Shown piece after piece: positions 62,584-64,000 of a stretch of DNA of 64,000 bases. Numbering within the stretch: the first letter of the stretch is position 1; each line of letters starts with the position of its first letter. This DNA is from Utricularia gibba (taxonomy: Eukaryota; Plantae; Magnoliophyta). The notes below the pieces were generated by a model. The model was not told the origin of the DNA, did no database searches, and saw nothing but the letters and a program-made list of their open reading frames with translations. The position numbers were made by a program, and so were the translations under genes. Where the stretch lies: the NCBI GenBank assembly GCA_002189035.1, contig CM007989.1, positions 5,828,001 through 5,892,000 on the forward strand, written 5' to 3'.

Positions 62584-64000
62584 ACTTGATGTCTTGCCGA
62601 CAATCAGCCCTGAAACGAATTAGAAGTTAAGCTACTGGATCTAGTCAACAGTATCTCCAACATAACATTACCAAATGCATTTCCCTCTTCAAAGACACAT
62701 AATTGGAGAACCAAGCATTCATAGATCAGCATGCACTCAACAGATGACAGTTCTAATCAGCGTTGTCCTGCGCCGGCTATCACAATCTACTTCAAAATTT
62801 CTACAAACTTAATAAAAAAAGAACAGAAAACCATATAAAAGATCAACCAGTGAAACAATCAAAAGGAACTAAGAAAAACCAGTCCGAGGAACCGCAGATG
62901 TTTCCTGCTGTAACACGAATAATGATTAACTAACCCACAAAAACGCAAGTCAACACGTACAAGCTCGAAAACCCTAATCACTCCAACACTTCTAGGAGGA
63001 AGTTGGCAACAGTAGAACATGAACCCAGAAATCATCACAAACCCACAGCCGAAAAAGCAAAATCCCGCAATCACTTTTCATGAATCTTTGCAATAAAAGT
63101 GAAGCCCTTTTCAGTGTCAATAAAGCAACACCGAAAGAGCCCACAAAGATTCTGCAAAAACGAACAGAAGGATCACCTCGCTATAGGGAACGAAAGTGCA
63201 CTTTCTTCGATTTTGTGAACTAGACAGGAGCTTCTTCTTCCTTGTCCATTAATACAGGAAAGCAGTTCATAAATTAAATGAGATTTAAAGGGGAAGGAAA
63301 CATTTCAAGTTGCGAAAGTGAAGGGGAAGACTGCATTACTACAATTCAGCGAAGAAAAGCCAACTCAAAGAAGAAGCCCGTGGGGATGGCCGTCGCTTTC
63401 AATGAATATTATTTTACACATTTTTTTAAAATATGAAGAATTTGATGTAGTTGACGGCTTAAGCTTCAATAATATGCAAATGAATAGTTCACATTAAATA
63501 TTCCATTCAAGAGGAGGTGTGGATTGACATTGCCAAAAAGACTATAAAATCGAAATTTAAATATTATATTTTAAAATAAATAAATAAATATTCAAGGTTA
63601 ATTGGGCCGCAGTGCAAGGGTAGGCCTACCGAGGTTGGTCCAGGTAGAATTTATTGTAGATGGGCACGTGCGGATTTATTAGTGGGTGATTCTCTTTCTC
63701 GGTCAATGTGAGTCTGGGTTTGGCGGTGGGTGGACGACGTTTGTGAAGTGCCTCTTTTTGCTAAATAACAATGTCAAGATATAATTTAAATTGGTTTTAC
63801 TATTTTGATTTTTTATGATGAAAAATTTAAAATAATATTTTATTAATTATAATAGAAACTATTGTATTTAAAAATTATTTTAAATCACTTAAATAAAGAA
63901 AATATTAATATTTAATTACTATTTAAATTATTTCTTTATATTTATAATACAATTTGATATACTTCAAATATATTATAAATGGTTATAATTATTCAAAATA

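Noticed and set aside
1-64000. CRISPR arrays, rRNA or tRNA genes
   Set aside because: None seen. The tRNA-complementary stretches are retrotransposon primer-binding sites, not tRNA genes.

Overview
AT-rich eudicot nuclear DNA. I rebuilt six host genes exon by exon from splice sites and phase: a WLIM2-type 2LIM gene (-), PSF1/GINS1 (+), mitochondrial-type CLPX (+, 15 exons, two GC-AG introns), intronless PILS2 (-), a D6PK-type AGCVIII kinase (+, carrying two single-G frameshifts) and a WEB-family coiled-coil gene (-). Between them is a dense, nested transposon landscape: Tat, Athila, Tekay and copia LTR elements, a TRIM-type solo LTR, and Mutator, hAT, CACTA and PIF remnants. The strongest discovery candidate is a 5.05-kb Mutator-like element (16751-21804, 9-bp TSD). 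Its transposase is followed on the same strand by six stop-free, correctly phased exons encoding a SUMO protease with an intact His-Asp-Cys triad. From recalled sequence, this protease resembles the host FUG1 class, whereas the ULP genes described in MULEs are, as I recall, ESD4/ULP1-derived. The exon phases predict a ~891-aa transposase-deSUMOylase fusion. The element's TIR directly abuts the PSF1 5' end, and this PSF1 has an unusual ~27-aa insertion. Other notable items: a SIRK1-like kinase fragment inside a hAT remnant, and two retroelements lacking their RT catalytic core. Family assignments rest on motif recall, not database searches; identity figures are by-eye estimates.
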